Below are positions 1-18,247 of a stretch of 64,000 nt of DNA, in pieces (within the stretch, counting starts at the first letter, position 1; the number at the start of each line of letters is the position of its first letter). This stretch comes from a bacterium (GTDB lineage: Bacteria > UBA8248): contig CBDBZY010000041.1 of NCBI GenBank assembly GCA_965213685.1, positions 288,001 through 352,000 of the forward strand, read 5' to 3'. Under the pieces are notes generated by a model that had not been told where the DNA came from, did no database searches, and saw only the letters and a list, made by a program, of their open reading frames with translations. The translations under genes were made by a program, and so were the position numbers.

Positions 1-90
1 TGGTGGCATGGCTAGGGCTGCGGCTCCCACTCTTCCCTGCTCTGCAGTACACTATACACATGTACATACATGTGCATACATGTACATATA

Positions 91-274
91 TGTTGCAACA
101 CCCTAATTGGGATGCATGAGCTGCATGGGCGAAAGCATCCCAATTAGGGTGTTGCAACAAATTTGTTAGCTGTTGCGGTGCCTACTAACCCTAGCCACCC
201 AATGACCTCCTCTACCACTTCAGCTTCGAGATATGGGCCTTTGAAATTTTGGTTGCTAAGCAACAGCTAACAAA
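91..274. mobile_element. 184-bp hairpin-plus-TIR non-autonomous element
   Basis: 25-bp stem (91-159) followed by a 15-bp inverted pair TTTGTTAGCTGTTGC...GCAACAGCTAACAAA (162-274). Near-identical inverted copy at 9429-9612. Confidence 0.8.
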
Positions 275-1090
275 TGCACATACAGTACACTGTACATACA
301 TGTGCATACGTGTACAGGTGTGTACTGTTTATCTGTGCAGGGTTTCAGCTGAAGATGTACTGTAGGAATACTGGATGCACATGTGAATGTATATGTAATA
401 TGTAATATGTAACATGTAATATGTAATATGTAATATGTAATATGTACCAAACCTGTATGTACATATGTACATGTACATGTACATGTCAATGTACATGTAT
501 TTTTCTAAGCTGTTGAGGCTGTTGTGAATTTTACTTTGTTTTATAGTGTGATTCTTCTTTCTGTTCTCTTCTTTCTTTCATTGTGGTGCACTATGCACGT
601 GATTGTATGTACATGTATACATATACATGGTGTACTGTACAGTGGGTGTACTGCATGTATAGGAGTATTGAGTGTACTGTAAGACCATTGGTAGCACTGG
701 CACATGCACACATCATACACATAGACATACATGTACATATCATCCTCACACAGCTACATGTACACACACCTGTATATATACACGTACAAGTACATGTACA
801 TATATACATGTACTTGTGGTAGATGCACATGAAGGGTGTGTTCAGCGGAACAGGGATGCTAAGTATGTGTACACACACAGAGACAGACACACACACACTT
901 CAATGACCACACACACCACACCCTTTGTATCCAGACAGAGGATGGGATGGAGGGGGGAGAACCCTGCTCGTTAGTTGTGTGTGGCTTAGCCTGAGTGTGC
1001 AGTTGGCAGTGCACTACTCACTCTCACACAGCAATTTGGGCTAATGGGACCCATTCTTAGGTAAGAGACGTACAGCTCAGTGCCAAGTGT

Positions 1091-1200
<110 letters not shown>

Positions 1201-2725
1201 CAACAACAACATAATCTCTACATCACAATAGATAGTGGGTTGCCTAGCAACACACCTTCACTTACATCTACATACACAAACAGAGAACACAGGGAAGGAA
1301 TGCGGTGATGAATACTCATGACCCGTCTAGTGCCCCTGGCTGGAATGTATGGAGGCCAATAGCCATCACTTTAGGAAACAAGATCTTTAACTCTTTGCCC
1401 TCCAACGAGTGCCTTCATGAATAAATCAAGGATCACAACTCCCTAGGTTGCAAGCTGCCCTCAAGCCTAGATGTAAGACGCATAGTCACCAAAAGCACAG
1501 GATATGGTTCGGCCGATACCAAGCATGTACATGAGTGATGGCCATAAGCCCATACAAATTCTATATGGACTAAAATACTAGGCATTAATACCTACATGTA
1601 AGTAATGAAAGTACATGATTGCATACACTTCTCTTGTTAGAAGGTTGGTAAAGGGTTAAGACCACATTCCATAACGTAAAAACTACAAATGCTGCTACAT
1701 GTACACACACAACCAACGATTGCCAGTGCATATGATATCTTTCGCTTCTTTCCTTTCTTCTTCTCTCTTTCTATTTATAGTGCTTATACATGTACATCAT
1801 GTACATGTACATGTACAGGTACATGAACTGTAGATGGGAATGATAAAACCACAAATCCCAAGCAGAGGTACACAGAGTAAATGCAAAGGTGCCAACAGCC
1901 ACCCCACTGTGTAGGTGTGGGGTGTCCGGTGGATTCCCTGCCTCCCAATCTGGGCTGGGTGGGGGGACAGGGCATTGCATACCACACATATGGCACACAG
2001 ATGGCCGACTGTCTTCGTATGCACACTCATGACAAGGGCTCAAAACAAGGGTACATGTCTGAGGCTGACAGTGGGAGCAGAGGAGGCCGTTTCACATGCA
2101 CAGATATGCACACATGTGCATGTACATGCACATATGCAGCAGTGCTAACCTCTTCAACTACAGTTGTTGAATATTATGTCCAATACTTACATGTACAGTT
2201 GGTATATGTTCAGACAACATTGGAATTCATACATGCATGTACACATGCACAGACACGTGCATAACAATACGTGCTGAGGATCTCATACATACACACACAG
2301 TGCTGTACATAGAACTGAAGGTGCCTGTATTGCACATGTACATGCACAGGACAGAATGGGCACTGAGCAGATTAACAGAGTGGGAGGGCCTAGCATTCAG
2401 CCGAGCGGCTGGGAGGGAGGTGAGATGGAGGTGTCCACCATTGTGCCCCTGTAGAACCTCCCCACACCCACTGCTTGGGTGGAGGGGGTGGAGGGGGTGG
2501 AGGGGGGGGAGGGGGGGAGGGGTGCGATGGACTGGTAGGTACATGTGTGTTGTGTTGGGGGGAGAGGGTGTCAGGTCAGCCGTGTAGTGCTAGGGAATAG
2601 GGTGATGTGAGTTGTGTGTGTATGTGGGGGGGAGGCTTTTGTATGGAGGTGAAGGAGGAAGGGAAGGAGCATGGAAGTGAAGGAAGGGAGGGAGGGAGAG
2701 GGTGGGGGGGGGGGGGGGGGGGGGG

Positions 2726-2761
<36 letters not shown>

Positions 2762-2966
2762 AGAGAAGAGTTGAGTGTTTGTGTGTGTGCACACCTAACA
2801 ATGCAGAGACAAATTACCACCTTCCCGTTACTGGGAATCAATGGTAACCACTGGCAACGAAATTGGGCAAGTATTTTTTCACATACCTTCCCTCTCCAAC
2901 ACCTACCAACACATACTATCACTCACACATGCATGTATGCACGTAAACATCCATATGTACATACTG

Positions 2967-3039
<73 letters not shown>

Positions 3040-3347
3040 TTAAGGGAGGGAGGGAGGGAGGGAGGGAGAGAGAGGGAGGGAGAGGAGCTAGGAGAGGTGA
3101 GGGAGGCTGGGAGGAGGAAGGGTTGCAGGCACAGAGGAAGGGACATATTGGGATGGTATGGAGACACTGATTGATACGCACACACAGTCATTAGCCACAC
3201 ACATACCTGATGCAGACTGGTACGTGCACGCCTAGATGGACATGTACAAATTATGATGACATTACATGCACATAGGATGTATTGGTGGATTGCAGGTGCA
3301 TTTCTGCTGCTAATAATAGACAAGAATGCTAGAATTGCCAGATATCA

Positions 3348-3509
<162 letters not shown>

Positions 3510-4109
3510 CAACACGGCCATTTCGACCAACATATGCACCCGCACCTAAAACATCAGCGAACCAACTGTATTATGTAACCAATCGTAACCACACAAAATA
3601 TTTGCAGAGACATTACCACAACAGACAAAACTTCCTGTCTTGACACTCGGCGCTACTCTCACACAATAAATGTTGGGCCCAACACTGCACTAATATACAT
3701 AGTAGTTGCAGCACGAAGCCTGCACAGCATGAGCGCTGCAAGTGCGAATGCTGTGAAGGCTTCGTGCTGCACATTTATTACATACATTTACATGTACATG
3801 TACATTTACACTCCAAACCAGCCTAATCTCTACCAAAGATAGGCTCTTATACTGAGCGCTGATTCCTATGGCGATTTTAGCAGTGGGAGTGGGGAAGGAT
3901 AAAAGCAGTGTTGGCAAGCTGTCAGAACAGCCCTGCTCGGTCATGACGACACGTCTATACACACACACACACATCTACCCACTTCTTGTACATGTGATAG
4001 AGTTGTAACTTCCAACATCCCAAGTGGATGTACAGGCACACGTAGTTACACAGCTATTCTCCCACTTGACCACAGCTAGCTAGCTGTGGTGGAGGAGAAA
4101 AAGGAGTAA

Positions 4110-5350
4110 TTTCGCGTTCCAAGCGTCTGGATTACCTTGGCAGACACTCTCATTGAAGCCCTTCACACCTGCCACCAGCTAACTTAGACTAACAACAATA
4201 AACGCGCTTCGCTCCCCACACGCCATCACGCTACGCGCTGCCAAGGGGGAACAAAGGCGGCGTCGTTTTGTTTGAGCGAACTAGCAACCCTACAAAACGC
4301 CTTTCAAAAGCTAGTCAGTGTGTGAGATTGACTATGGGATAGCGCAAGGGTAGGCGTACAGTGAACTAAACTCTGGTACATGTACAAGTACGCTGTTACC
4401 CCACATCCCGCAAGAGGGGGGAAAACAATAGCAGCATAGCGAACACACACGCGGTCAAGTGAACGCCAGCGCGTGTGCATACGCACACACACACACACAA
4501 CAGTCCTTATGAACAGGTGTGTGCGTATGGGAGGGAGGAACAGCACTACACAAAGGGACAAAAGATATGAGAGAAGGGAGAACGTATCATTGGTTACTCA
4601 CAGGTGCTTGGCGATGTAGGATATACTGCTATTGACCGTCGGGACTCTGTCTAGGCCAAGACTCGAGCAGTCCAGCGCGTAACTCAGGTTGTCCCAGCGG
4701 CACCCATTCTCTAGCGTGCCATCAGCGTCTAGCGCCGCGGAGGTGCCTTGCCCGAGGGCGGGGAGCGGAGACAGGATGACCAGGAAGACGTAGCACCACG
4801 AGAGTAGGTACACCGGCCACCGCAGGACGTTCAGCACGGACGACAAACTTCTCTTCTCCCTCCACAGCATGGCGTCCCAATCGGCTCGCTATACTCCACT
4901 ACTCTATAGCAAGATCGCCCGTTCTTGACACACACCGACTACGCAGTCGAATGAACACACATATCGAGCGATCTGTACACATCCAACGACTGTGCTAGTC
5001 GTTCACAACTGAACTGCAGCGCTATACGGCCGGCCTGTGAATTTTCTACTGCTGGGAACCACGTCCTGTTGGGGTGTGAACGTACGTAAGAATAGTACAC
5101 CCTCGGCGGCGAAACTTCAAAGCATTCCTACGTGCAGGGTAATTGTGCCTTACATGCACAGCTAATGAGATTACTAGGGCAACCGCACAAGAACGTGAGC
5201 AATTGCCAAGCCATCCCATAGCGGAGCTACGAAACATGACGTCATTGGACGTCTTCCGTACACCCGCTCGCCCGCCCACCCACTGCGCGTGCTTAGAACT
5301 ACCTGTACGAAGGCACCCACAGCGCTAGCGGCATATGGGCGCGCCATTTG
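4110..5350. promoter_or_regulatory. CpG-rich island, probable promoter and first-exon region of the LRR gene
   Basis: Visibly dense CG dinucleotides, unlike the TG/CA-rich, CpG-poor flanks. Spans the ATG at 4870. Confidence 0.6.
4602..4870 (-). CDS. First coding exon of a secreted or membrane leucine-rich-repeat protein (signal peptide plus LRR N-terminal cap)
   Basis: Hydrophobic leader (WPVYLLSWCYVFLVILSPLPALG), then GCRW...LDCSSLGLDRVP...AKHL typical of an LRRNT cap. Strong CT|GTGAGT donor in phase 2, usual for LRR exons. No downstream exons recognised in 1-4600. Confidence 0.75.
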
Positions 5351-5707
5351 CTTCAAATATAAAATTTCACACAACGCACTCCACACTGTACTAGTAGCAA
5401 CCATGCAAGCAGTTCCCAAGTGACCACAACATGGCCACAGCAGCTGCAAGCCTTCAGATGTACACACAATCACTTAGGGCAACAATAAACACCTCCAAAT
5501 AAACTATCCCGCAAATACCTAGATTCATGCAGCTGTAGTCAATTTTGTAACCATAAGTTGACACGCCAAAATTTATGGATAAATGGCACAAAAGGGAACT
5601 TGCATCAGTCAATTGATACTTGATACGATTATTATGTAATGCATAATGTATTGTGATGTCATGTGATGTAATGTGATGTTCCTGTTATGAACGACTAGAT
5701 ACGCTTT

Positions 5708-6094
<387 letters not shown>

Positions 6095-6445
6095 GTTTAT
6101 GAATAAGTGACATGTACAAACATCACTCCAAGTCCAACAAACTAGCTGACGACCTTGTGTCTATGTTTGACGACCGGTGTTTTAGTGGAAGAGAATCAAT
6201 CAGCCCCAGTGGAAGGGGGAAGGGAAGTTGCAGTAGACAACACAACCACATGTTGTCAGTACAAAAGAACAACTTATCATAAACCCCTTCCCCTTGCATT
6301 CCTGAGGCCAATCAATGTATACACTGCACAGGTTACTCTGAAAGGTGAACACAAGCACTACCATAGGCTACTGATCGTGAAGAACTAAAGCCAGCCATCT
6401 GTGTTGCATGTGTGTCTTGTAATACCCAAACTCCCGGTCACCCCA

Positions 6446-6489
6446 GTGCAGCTGATGAGGCCTGGTATTGGCTGAAATGCATCCTGCAC
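6446..6489 (+). ncRNA. Minimal type-I hammerhead ribozyme (repeat family D)
   Basis: GTGCAG-CTGATGA-GGCC tggtatt GGCT-GAAA-TGCA-TC-CTGCAC: 6-bp stem I, intact core, stem II, palindromic stem III, AUC site. Confidence 0.85.
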
Positions 6490-7396
6490 ATTGGGCGACT
6501 GTTTAACATCTAGGCCTGAGGGCCGTTCACAGCCTGGGGAGTTGTGGTTATTGATTTATTCATGAGTGTGGCAGAACAGGTCACGGGCCATATATACAGC
6601 ACCGTGAACATCTGATCAATACTAAACGCAATGTATGTACATAAAAAGGGAAAACAAAGCAAAACAACTATTACTACAGTGAAACCTCTCCTCTAACCAG
6701 GACACTCTTGGGACGAGAAAGAATATTATGTCCGTATTAGAGGAGTGTCCTCATTTCAGAAATTGAAATGCCCAAAAAATACCTGCATATTATGTGTACA
6801 GGGAACCAAACAGAACTGGTAGCTACTGCAGGATGCTACTGGTGTTTGGGATAAGGAAGCAACCATATGGCGTATCCCATATACTCAAGACTGTCCACAC
6901 TGCACCTATGGGATATCTCAAGTGCACTATGTGAAAGGTAGGCAGGTCACCTTACCCAATGCTGGCACTAACATTTGTCCCCTACAAATTGCCAACAGTG
7001 GGAGACACGCATGAGTCGCTGCACACACACTCGGACCCGTGAACTGTTACATAACATAGGCAACAAGACATGACAGATGAATCACATACTCTGTGTATGT
7101 GTGTGTGTGTGTGTATGTATGTATACACATGTACATGTATGTATGTATGCGGGTAGGCAGACACACACAGTACAGGACAAAGCAGTATGTGTTGTCTGAG
7201 AGGAAACAGCCTTGTTCCCAGGCTTCACAGCCTCATGCATAATTATTACAACCATGTGACCTTTGACCCACAGCTCGTGACCTCAAAAATCATGCAATCA
7301 TTATGATGGTCACATGCAGGGGGAGGAGCCTGGGTACGAGTGCATTTGTTTCAATTAGTTATGGCTGTGAAAGAGAGCAGTTTTGAATGTTTGCTA

Positions 7397-7568
7397 TACA
7401 TGATGAAAAGGCTTGGGAATATTTTTAGAGAACTGTGAAAAACCGGCAGCCACCCGGGATTGAACCGAGGGCCTCTGACTTTAGCTGTCAGTGCTCTACC
7501 ACCTGAGCTATGGCCACCGGGTGACAGCCAGCCTTCACAATTCTCAATATCACTCTGTATGTGCCGTC
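7397..7568 (-). mobile_element. tRNA-derived repeat family A (73-nt cloverleaf at 7445-7517)
   Basis: A box TAGCTCAGGTGG, B box GGTTCAATCC, all four stems pair. Conserved flanks on both sides; ends ...TCATGTA. Confidence 0.85.
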
Positions 7569-7964
7569 TGCACAATTAGTGTACGTAAGTGTGTGTGTGT
7601 GGGGGGGGGGGGGGGGGTTGTACATGTGTACAATAATTATAGGATCTTGATTGGGTGTGTGTGTGCTAGTGATTCCCAACACCAAGGGGTGAGAAGGGAG
7701 GAGACACGTCCCTCCAATGAAACTGGACATTCTGAGTATAGATCTCCAGTGATAATTCAGGGGGAGGTTTCTGAGGTCTCCCGAAACTAGACAGAAAAGT
7801 TGTGGTAAGCTAGCTACACTTTCTAGGCACAGAATTAAGACTAAGAGCACATTAAACAATGACCTACACTACTGTTTTGTCGGTACTTAGGCTCAAAAGC
7901 ATTAGTGATTCACTTCATGCATGTGTCGTGGCACAAGCTCATGATGCAACAATACATAGAGCAT

Positions 7965-8166
7965 GCAGACACACAGACACACAGACACACAGACACACAG
8001 ACACACAGACACACAGACACACAGACACACTGACACACAGACACACAGACACACAGACACACAGACACACTGACACACAGACACACAGACACACTGACAC
8101 ACAGACACACAGACACACAGACACACAGACACACTGACACACAGACACACTGACACACAGACACAC
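7965..8166. repeat. (ACACACAG)n octamer microsatellite
   Basis: Directly visible. Long (CA)n/(TG)n tracts also at 1092, 3348, 8348, 14540, 20132, 22064, 50882, 52340, 54406 and 60391. Confidence 0.95.
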
Positions 8167-8345
8167 ATCACTGCGCTCCATAACACTGTTAAAATTTTAA
8201 TACTTATATATACATTGGTATTGGTGTACCATTGACATAGCATGCAGGACATACATGTATGTATGTATTTGTATTACACTGACACTGTGTTCACTAGGTA
8301 GGTACTGTACATGCATATGTGGGGTCTTTACAGCCTGCAGGCCCT

Positions 8346-8429
<84 letters not shown>

Positions 8430-9428
8430 CACACACACACAAACACAAACACACACACATGTACACACACACACACACTCATCTACACGTGTAACTACGC
8501 AAAGCCCTACAAGAAAGCCGGAGGAAGTGAGAAGACCAAGACTCCCATGTACGGACACAGTAGCACTCATGCAGCAGAACAGCGTGCAGAGCAGCAATTG
8601 TTTACAACAATAATGCGGACAGAAGATACATGACAACAATCACCATCCCATCTCCCTCCCTCTCTTTCTCTCTCTCTCCCTCCTTCATTCCTTCCTTCCC
8701 TCCCTCCCTCCCTCCCCCTCTCTCTCTCCCTCCCTCTCTCTTTCTCTCTCTCTCCTTCCTTCCTTCCTTCCTTCCTTCTTCCCTCCCTCCCTCCCTCCCC
8801 CCCTCTCTCCCTCTTTCTCTCTCTCTCCCTCCTTCCTTCCTCCATTCCTCCCTCCCTCCCTCTCTCTTTCACTCACTCTCCTTCCTTCCTCCCTTCCTCC
8901 CTCCCTCCCTCTCTCTTTCTCTCTCTCTCCCTCCTTCCTTCCTCCCTTCCTCCCTCCCTCCCTCCCTCCCTCTTCGTCAGGCTTTGTAACGGGTCTAAAC
9001 ACAACAGCCTAACTCCCCAAATATGAACTTCATGGTACAGTGATGTGTCTGGTAGTAGGTTCGGTACATATATGTACATGTCATGTACTTAACAGCTATA
9101 GACACTGCTCTTAGTGGGGATACTGTGTACATGTGTTTCAGGTGGTCGATGCATTAGTGTGTCTAGACTCAACTGCAGCCCCACCAGAAGGCGTACAAAC
9201 ACAATGGCACACACTGTACATTGACCATATTAGGGCTGAGCCTTGTACGTACAGACATAATATGCATAAAAATATGTACATATGCACACATGTTAATATG
9301 TATATATATATTTGCATACAAAGAAACATATTGTAGGTATGTACACTTAACATGTATGTATGTACCAGTACATATACATATGTACATACATATGTACATA
9401 GTTACATGTGTTCATACATCTACCATTG

Positions 9429-9612
9429 TTTGTTAGCTGTTGCTTAGCAACCAAAATTTCAAAGGCCCATATCTCGAAGCTGAAGTGGTAGAGGAGGTCA
9501 TTGGGTGGCTAGGGTGAGTAGGCACCGCAACAGCTAACAAATTTGTTGCAATACCCTAATTGGGATGCGTTCGCCCATGCAGCTCATGCATCCCAATTAG
9601 GGTCTTGCAACA
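9429..9612. mobile_element. Second copy (inverted) of the 91-274 element
   Basis: Reverse complement of 91-274 with a few substitutions. Confidence 0.8.
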
Positions 9613-9885
9613 TATATTTGTACATACATATAAAGTGTACATAGCTATACATCCATTGTATGTATATACATACATGTGTGTGTGTTGCACTGAGACTGTT
9701 GCAAGATTGTAATGGCATAATATCTTTCCTGCCCACAAAAATTGCAGCATAATTGGGTTAAAATTACATGGTCATACCAGCCATGCCAGAGAATGGGGCA
9801 ATTATTAACCCCTGAACACCTGCAAACAGAGTTTCAGGACTGCTGCATTAGCACGTCTAGACACCACCCAGGCACACCAGAGGGG

Positions 9886-9920
<35 letters not shown>

Positions 9921-10659
9921 CACTAGCACCAGAAGGCATAGCAGCCATACATAGGCACTAACTACAAGGCGCATAGTACACTGCCAAAGGCGTACGGTGG
10001 CCATAATCATATATATTAGTACACAAGAACACACAAGCATGCCAGAAGGTACTGTGTACACACGATCGATTGTGGGAGAATGGGAAGGTCGAATTATATG
10101 GAGAACCATGCTCTACCCAGCCTCAGCCTCAGTCCTCAGCTGGGGATCCGAGGCATGGCACTGTGGTTGGGGGGCAGAGAAGAGGTAGGTTTGGTAAGTT
10201 CAGTCACTCAGGGAGAGTGACGGGTAAGTTATCTACATGTATAACTGATGATTTGTTACCTGAAAATGAGAAAATGAAGAGCTGCCTCAGGCGGGATTCG
10301 AACCTGCATACTAGGCAGACGCTCTACCAACTGAGCCAAAGAGGCAGCTCAGTTGGGCAGGCTGAATCACTAAGTGTTATCCAAGGGCAAAGGCGTCTCT
10401 TCCCTGATAAACAGGGTGGCTCATACACGTACGCTAACACCAGGAGGCACAATAGGCACCACAAGCACACCGGGTAGTCCAGAGTGCTGCTCCAGGCACT
10501 CCATAAGGTACAGGTGTGTATACGTACGTGTGTGACATGGACAAATCAAATCGAGAAACACTACTCCCCAGGCTGCAAATGGCCCTCAAGCCTAGAACAG
10601 TCACCCAATGTGCAGGATGCGTTTTGGCCAATAGCAGGACTCATCAGCTGCAATAGTTC

Positions 10660-11100
10660 AGTGGTGTGGCAGTATTGCTTAGTGGAATGGCAGTATGGTG
10701 TCCAGTGGTATGGCAGTAGGGTAGTATGGCAGTATGGTGTCCAGTGGTATGGCAGTATGGTAGTATGGAAGTATGGTGTCCAGTGGTATGGCAGTATGGT
10801 AGAATGGCAGTATGGTGTCCAGTGGTATGGTGGTACATGGTCAGTAGTATGGTAGTCATGTTCAGTGGAATGGCAATACATCAGTAGAATGGCAGTATAG
10901 TGTTTACCAGAATGACAGTATGGCAATCAGTAGAAGGGCTATACTTCATACATACTGTACACATGTACTTTTGCACTAGAAATGGCACTACAGTGTTCAA
11001 CAGAATGGCAGTACAGTATTCAGCGGAATGGCAGTATGGAGTTCAGCAGAATGGCAGTATGGAGTTCAGTGGAATGGCATACAGTATTCAGTGGAATGCC
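10660..11100. repeat. GGCAGTAT-based minisatellite (39-bp higher-order unit)
   Basis: TGGCAGTATGGTGTCCAGTGGTA repeats decaying rightward. Confidence 0.85.
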
Positions 11101-11616
11101 AGTTGACCATACATTGTACTGAAGTCATACACACTCCCATGCTGCCATTCCATGTCACATTGAAGTAATGATGGCTTACGCGTCAATTTCTTGAACTTCA
11201 CAAGCAATTACTCCCATAATTACATAATATTGGGTGAATCCAATTAAGAATTCCGGGAGTCATACTTTCATAATCATCGAAACCCTAACCATTCAAGATG
11301 GAATGTGTACGCACATGTAGCTGAAATCACACGTACTATATTTAGAAGCAGCGTACAAATCTGATGAAGTGAGATACGTACAAGAGAGACAGCAGGGCAA
11401 GCCGACAGCACCCTCGACGACACGTGTGTCCCATGCAGGCAGCTGGTCCGTCCATTGAGGGACCGAGGTCACACCTTGGCCAGGCCAACTGGCATGAATG
11501 GACTGGCATCGGATAAGGGAAAGCTTCCAGGGAAACAATGAGAGCAAGTATGTACATTTTGGGACTGGGTGAAAGTGGTCATGTAACATGATATAAGAGG
11601 TACCTGACGGTGCATT

Positions 11617-14502
<2,886 letters not shown>

Positions 14503-14535
14503 ATATTGCTGGGGTGATCAAGTACAGCAAACACA

Positions 14536-14634
<99 letters not shown>

Positions 14635-15261
14635 CCCTGGAACACTCACACACACGGCCCTGGAATACTCCAGAAGGCACTCACACATACATAATTACTT
14701 CATTAGCCACATCTGTACGACTGCAACACAGCCCATTCATGGCGGGCAGACTGCAGCCTCCGGCAGTAATGGAGTGCCGTACATGTGGCAGGGATCTGCC
14801 ATTCACTGCGCATCATGCTGATGGCTACCTCCACAAGTAATGGTTTGCTGTATTGAGTTGAAGCCCGAGGGCCTATCACAGCCTAGTGCTGTAGGTCTTA
14901 TATACATATATACACAATGTGCATGTATATACATGCATTTTCTAGGAATCTAGGTGTTCTATGGAAAGCAGTTTACAATGTAGGGATTCTTAGATTGTGG
15001 GCCAGTCTATTGAATGGTGCGCAATCTGTAGAATATGCACGATGCTCTATAGAATGCGTAGATTCCTAGTGTGCGCATAACATACAGCACATGTACACCC
15101 AGCCACTTAGGCAATGGGTACCCGCTATTGGGTGACTGTTTCATTCCTATGTGTACATGTACATGTACATGTACATGTACATGTACATGTACATGTACAT
15201 GTACATGCAGGCCTGAGGGCTGTTTGTGGCCCAGGGGGCTGTGGTTCTTGATCTACTCCCG

Positions 15262-15535
15262 TACATGACTAAATAATGGAGACACAATAAACAAAGCAAG
15301 GCAACACAACACCACCACCTGAGACGGCTCACTTTCTCTTCTTTTCAAAGAAAAAGTGAGCTGCCCCAGGTGGGATTCGAACCCACATCACTGTGTCTCT
15401 AGACCAGTGCTCTGTCCACTAAGCTACCGAGGCAGCTCAGTGGTTGTGGGTCGAATTAGGCAACGAAAGAATACAATACCAAGCAAGGCAAGTATCTCTA
15501 AACTGCCTGATAAACAGGGAAACTCTAACTTAGCA
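15262..15535 (-). mobile_element. tRNA-derived SINE-like family B
   Basis: GAGCTGCCTCGGTAGCTTAGTGG...GGTTCGAATCCCACCTGGGGCAGCTC followed by a conserved tail GGTGTTGTGTTGCCTTGCTTTG...TCATGTA. Copies at ~17990-18200, 34581-34680, 40437-40600, 40710-40910, 50030-50303, 55175-55300, 58680-58832 and 60040-60304. Confidence 0.8.
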
Positions 15536-16844
15536 TGCACATGCATACTGCATGTGTATAGATGACCTTTCACTTGGTTGTCTCCCTACATGCTGTCTGC
15601 AATATGAGACTGCTTGAGTGTACATAGACAGATGCACTATCACATGGACATATGTACATGAGGAAAATATTTTTAGAGAACTGTGAAAAACCGGCAGCCA
15701 CCCGAGATTGAACCAGGGGCCTCTGACTTTAGCTGTCAGTGCTCTACCACCTGAGCTATGGCCACCGGGTGACAGCCAGCCCTCACAATTCTCAATATCA
15801 CTCTGTATGTGCCGTCAGAATCCCACTAGGGATCGACCTGTACGTACATGTGGACATACGTATGTACAGTGTACATGTACAGTGTGTCAAAGGCAAGGCA
15901 ATTCAGCTGCACCTGATCCTGAGACAATTGAAGGGCTGAGAACCAAAGTGTTCTAAGCCACAATCTTGACTTTAACCCCCCTAGAACTGGGAGTCTTGGC
16001 AAAATGCATTTCAGAATATTCTGCACTTCAGGTTTTTAAAAACTGAAAACATTACTTCAAAGGGGTCCTGTGATTTTTAATGCATTTTTAAGCATTTCAG
16101 CTCATTCCCCACACTTTTTGTTGGGATAGCCCACTCTGGTTCTCAGCCATTCAATTCAAAAGAAGAAGTGAGCCACCTCAGGTGGGACTCAACCCATGTC
16201 ACTGTGACTGCTGGACCAGTGTTGAACATGTACATGCAGCCAGAGCTGGGTACTGTATGTAGCCAGAATATTAGAGGACGGTACAGGGTTCATGAGGAGG
16301 GCATGTGAATTCAGCTGTCCAGTTTGCTAACATACACAGTACAGTATCCGCAGAGTGGGCAGATCACTTCACAAATTAACTGTCCAGTTTATAACATATT
16401 CATATATATGTACCTAGCTAGATCAGTTAGAGGATAGTATCATGTTCATAAAGGGGGCAGACCAGTCTGTAAGTTACATGTAACTGTAACCGTCCAGTTT
16501 ATTAACATGTTTTCCATTGCAATACTCTGAGTCAACAGTGCAGCAGACGCTTGAGAACAAAGGAATGGAGTAACAAGCAGTCAGCAGGCTATTGTCTCTC
16601 CCTCCCGCCTCCCCCATAGAGCGTAGTACACACACACACAGTGGAGTGGAGTAGGGGAGGCCATACTCGTGTGGTGACCTTGAGCTGGGCAGACACATGC
16701 ACACATACCCCAGTCACCCCAGCGCAGCTGATGAGGCATGGCATACCGGCCATAGGCTAAGCCGTGTGACTGTGAAGGCCTAACTATGAGGCCAGTTGCC
16801 TGTGTTGCACATGACGTGTGATACCCACACTCCCGGTCACCCCA

Positions 16845-16888
16845 GCGCAGCTGATGAGGCCTGGTATTGGTTGAAATGCGTCCTGCAC
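16845..16888 (+). ncRNA. Minimal type-I hammerhead ribozyme (family D)
   Basis: GCGCAG-CTGATGA-GGCC tggtatt GGTT-GAAA-TGCG-TC-CTGCAC. Core intact; stem II has two G-U pairs. Confidence 0.75.
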
Positions 16889-18247
16889 ATCGGGCGACTG
16901 TTTCCCACCTAGGCCTGAGGACTGCTCAGTGTACCACAAAGTGCAATTCCTCTTTCATAAGTAATTCCACGAAAGTAATCAACAGTTTACATACCATCCA
17001 CCGAGCCTGTTCCCTAGACAGCTTTGATTTTAGTACCCTTTATACCAATATCCCCCATAATCTACTAAGTGCATGCATTTAAACAGTGCATTATGATGCC
17101 CACATTGCCACTGGCTGCATGCATGTATGAAAGCCAATGGCATTGGGCCCAAGGCAAAGGCTAAGACTGAGTGGGCTGCGCCTGGGCTGTGGGCTGTGGA
17201 AAGTAGGGGCTCTCAGGCACGGGATCAATCCACTACGTACGCGTACCATTGGCATGAGCTGTATTCACTTATATAAGCACTATAAATAGAGAGAAAGAAA
17301 CAAACAAACATATTACACACACAGGCAACATATTGTACACACAAACAACAGCTTCGCCAGCTTAGAAATATAGACTCTCAGCCTCAGTGGCTTAGAAAAA
17401 TAAGTAACAGCTTCAATGGCTTAGAGCAATCTCCAACCTCAGTGGCTTAGAAAAATAGAATATATTCACAGCCTCTACAGCTTAGAACATGTACATCTGA
17501 ACACCATGCAGCGCCTTTAACACACATTAATTACAGAAATGGACAGATACGTAGACGGCACCAACATGACTCCAATAGAAACATTAATGCATGGATCTCC
17601 ATCCATCAATACCCTCATTCATTCATTCACTCATACAGTCATTCACTCATACCCCCCACCCAATTCAACAGTCTCCATTCAAATGTACACGTGGTTATGG
17701 GAGCACTCCCTGTAGCAACACCTGCCGGCCTTCAGGCAGAGAGCTGATAGGGAGACAAATTATTCCAAAAAATTTGTGGGGTTATCTACAAAATTTGCAC
17801 CCACACAGACGACCCAACAGATTAATAGATCAATACTCTAGATGGAATGGGGGTGGAGGAATATTGTGAGAAAAATGTCCCCCTTTCCTCCCTCCCCCCT
17901 CCCCCCTCCCCCCTCCCCCTCCCCCTCCCCCCTCCCTAAATGAAACCTTGTGAACTCAAGTCATCAAAGACCAGGCAATGCAAAAGCACTACATGATGAA
18001 ATCTATGAGACCTATTCAATACAAAGCAAGGCAACACAACACCACCACCGCCTGAGATGGCTCACTTCTTCCCTTTGAAAGAAAAAGAAGAGCTGCCTCA
18101 GGTGGGATTCGAACCCACGCACCTCTGTTCTCTAGACGAGGGCTCTACCACTAAGCTACCAAGTGATTGTGGGTCAAATTAGACAATACAAGGCAAGGCA
18201 AGACGTCTCTACCATGTACATCTGCTATTCTTCATGTTGAAACAACA

